Source: a virus
DNA: 64,000 nt
IMG/VR virus record: IMGVR_UViG_3300030119_000552
Span: 1 to 64,000 of that record
Strand: one strand, 5' to 3'
Each line of letters starts with the position of its first letter. Position 1 is the first letter of the stretch. Of the stretch, positions 61,536 to 64,000 are shown in pieces. Made by a program: the position numbers and the translations under genes. Under the pieces are notes generated by a model. That model did no database searches. It saw only the letters and a list, made by a program, of their open reading frames with translations, and had not been told where the DNA came from.

Positions 61536-61868
61536 ATGATGAGTGCAAACATTTTAGTAATCCCGAAGGAGAACGATGAATTGAATGCTGATATAAAAGC
61601 AAACAAGGAAAAATATATGAAGCATATTTTAAAATGTTTTTCAGAACTTGTCAAAGATTCTCTTATTCCATCGAAAATTTCTTTATTTAAGTTTAGAAAT
61701 ACTAACCTTGAAATAGTGGTCAAACAAGAAAGTTACATTCCCAACTTGCAAAATTTACTAGACTATTATATAGAATTAGAGAAATATGAAAATTGTACTA
61801 TTATAAAAGACATTATAAAAAAAATAGAAAATATTAATAATAAAGACGAACCAGTTGAACAAGACTAA
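61536..61868 (+). CDS. hypothetical protein with a UVR-like helical hairpin
   Basis: YIELEKYENC..IKD.I. Confidence 0.65.
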   Translation: MMSANILVIPKENDELNADIKANKEKYMKHILKCFSELVKDSLIPSKISLFKFRNTNLEIVVKQESYIPNLQNLLDYYIELEKYENCTIIKDIIKKIENINNKDEPVEQD

Positions 61869-61909
61869 TTAAACAGTAGACTCACGTCATAATAAACAGG
61901 AAACTCATC

Positions 61910-62653
61910 ATGTCAAGCAAGAAATCAAAAACAGTTACAAAAAACTTAATTCACGATTGTCACTTGCAAGATAATATGAGAAGCAATCAACTTACTCGGA
62001 AATTGCAAATCAAGCATAAACCGTTTACAGACAAACAAAAAGCATTCATTGATATAGCTTTAAATGAGAATACAAAAATGATGTTTATTCAAGGTCCTGC
62101 TGGATGTGCGAAAACCTATTTAAGTGTATATTGTGGTCTTGAGTTGATAAGTAATGCAAAAGTTAGTGAACTTGTTTATATTAGAAGTGCAGTAGAAAGT
62201 GCTGATTCCAAGTTAGGATTCCTTCCGGGAGCACAAGAAGACAAGATGGCTCCTTATTTAGAACCATTTAAAGATAAACTTGAAGAATTTCTATCAGCAG
62301 TTGATGTAAGGTATTTACAAGAAGAAGAAAGAATTTATGGAATTCCTGTGGGATTTCTAAGAGGTGCAAGTTGGACAGATAAGTTCGTTATATTAGATGA
62401 AGCACAGAATATGACAGAAAAAGAACTTATAACTACTATGACAAGAATAGGTGAAAACACTAAAGTTTTTATATGTGGTGATGTCATGCAAAGTGACATT
62501 GGAAACAAAGGAGGATTGAAAAATATAATTGATCTTTTCTCCGATGATGAATCAAAAAGTAAGGGAATTTTTAACTTTGAATTTGACGAAGAAGACATAA
62601 TTCGGTCAGAACTAGTAAAATTCATAGTCAAGAAGATAAAAAGTTTAAGGTAG
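61910..62653 (+). CDS. phoH: PhoH-family ATPase
   Basis: GPAGCAKT, LGFLPG, RGAS, DEAQN, TRIG, GD..QSD. Confidence 0.95.
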   Translation: MSSKKSKTVTKNLIHDCHLQDNMRSNQLTRKLQIKHKPFTDKQKAFIDIALNENTKMMFIQGPAGCAKTYLSVYCGLELISNAKVSELVYIRSAVESADSKLGFLPGAQEDKMAPYLEPFKDKLEEFLSAVDVRYLQEEERIYGIPVGFLRGASWTDKFVILDEAQNMTEKELITTMTRIGENTKVFICGDVMQSDIGNKGGLKNIIDLFSDDESKSKGIFNFEFDEEDIIRSELVKFIVKKIKSLR

Positions 62654-62717
62654 ACAATATTTATGAAAATATAAAAATATATGTATATTTATTATATATA
62701 TTGTTAGCACACAAGGT

Positions 62718-64000
62718 ATGGCCAACCAAAAAATAACAGATTTAAACAAGATGCAGAAGCTGTCCAAATCGGATTTGCTTATTGTAGTGGACACAGATGC
62801 CTCTGGGTTATCGGGTTCTCCAACAGGTGAAACGATGGCAATTGAGGCAAACACACTTGCTTCACAACTTGCAGAAATCCAACAGGGTGATGTAGGTATA
62901 AGTTTACCATCTTTGTCAGATGTCCCTAATGATTACACTGGATGGGGTGGAGGATATCTGCAAATTAATGAATCAGAAGATGGTGTATCATTTACAGACT
63001 CACCTGGTGCATCTGAGTTATCAATACCCATTGCAAATGAAGATGGAATTTTAAACTTTTATGTTCCTGCGGGATCTTCACCTGAAGCAGAATATCAAGT
63101 AGGTAATGTATTAACACGCAACGGAACTAAATACAGAAAAGCATCATCAGTTTATCGGTCGGACGAATTAAATGCAGTTGTTGATGATACACTCATGGAA
63201 GTTGTCGGAGTAATTCGTAAAATAAAAAGAGAAGATGTATCTGATGCTAATTCTAAGATAGAGTATATAAACATTGCATTCGGAGGTCATGTTCAATTTG
63301 AAGGTGCTGACGGCAAACCTATAAAACCACATACATCAGAAATAGTTGATTCAGACGGAAATCCACAACCTACAGCTTTGGCAGATGGAGCAACATACTT
63401 TTTATCTTCCGACAATTTAAACGGAAATGAGGGTATGTTAAGCAGAAGTGACCCGTCACAATCATTTTCAGATGCGTTGAGTCATGTTTCAAAACCTGTG
63501 CTAGTGGCAACAAGTGAATCATCAGGTGTATTAGTAAATTACCGAGGACTAATATGTGAAAGTGGAGAAGAACCACATAAGTTCGTAATTGAAGTTGATG
63601 CATCTTGTAGTAATGTTAAAGTTGGTGATGTTGTGCGTCTTAAACGAAAAATTACAAGAAATCTAGATGGTTCGTTTGGAATAGATCCAACTGGTCCATT
63701 TGAAGAAGTAAACGAGGGTGCTAAACCTGCGTATTTAGATGTGGTTATTGATGGTAATCATATAATGTCAAATGCAAGAGCAGCTAGTGGAGTACTTAAT
63801 GAAAAAGACAAAGCATATTACGCAGATGTTCTTGGAATTGTTATTGTGTCAACATCGGACTACTTTCAAGTTCAAACAGCGGGAATGGTAAATTTTGAAA
63901 AACCAGCTGGTATTTTGAATGTTGGAAATAATCAAAACAGAACAAACGCAATTTTCAAACAAGGATACACCTATTACTTGGATGCGTTTGAACCCGAAAC
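62718..64000 (+). CDS. 3'-truncated large protein, probably structural (tail or baseplate-like)
   Basis: ATG at 62718 (MANQKITDLNK...) with no stop before the window end, so absent from the ORF track. ATATTTAT motif upstream. Confidence 0.65.
   Translation, partial: MANQKITDLNKMQKLSKSDLLIVVDTDASGLSGSPTGETMAIEANTLASQLAEIQQGDVGISLPSLSDVPNDYTGWGGGYLQINESEDGVSFTDSPGASELSIPIANEDGILNFYVPAGSSPEAEYQVGNVLTRNGTKYRKASSVYRSDELNAVVDDTLMEVVGVIRKIKREDVSDANSKIEYINIAFGGHVQFEGADGKPIKPHTSEIVDSDGNPQPTALADGATYFLSSDNLNGNEGMLSRSDPSQSFSDALSHVSKPVLVATSESSGVLVNYRGLICESGEEPHKFVIEVDASCSNVKVGDVVRLKRKITRNLDGSFGIDPTGPFEEVNEGAKPAYLDVVIDGNHIMSNARAASGVLNEKDKAYYADVLGIVIVSTSDYFQVQTAGMVNFEKPAGILNVGNNQNRTNAIFKQGYTYYLDAFEPE

Overview
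AT-rich, gene-dense segment of a large (jumbo-type) tailed phage with a T4-like replisome, standard genetic code, no rRNA and no CRISPR array. From left to right: probable rIIA end and rIIB; host-like proteostasis and translation genes (ClpP, IF-1, DnaJ, DnaK, M29 aminopeptidase); two divergent tandem glutamate dehydrogenases; a Cas4-like nuclease; a replication block (family B polymerase, sliding clamp, clamp loader, dUTPase); six amino-DNA methyltransferases; six tRNAs; a SET-domain protein; a lipase-GDPD fusion; three PD-(D/E)xK-like proteins with a shared N-terminal leader, converging on a methyltransferase / PLP-enzyme / GNAT-hydroxylase operon; a sugar-nucleotide, sulfotransferase and glycosyltransferase block; PhoH; and the start of a large structural gene. 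Two promoter classes are visible (sigma70-like TTGAC-N17-TAnnnT and a short ATATTTAT motif), and both often sit almost on the start codon. The best candidate new system is the 38.7-49.0 kb island: a putative DNA hypermodification operon facing probable virion-packaged nucleases. The polymerase and methyltransferases also share an FF motif that may bind the clamp. All family calls come from motif recognition by eye; no database searches were run.
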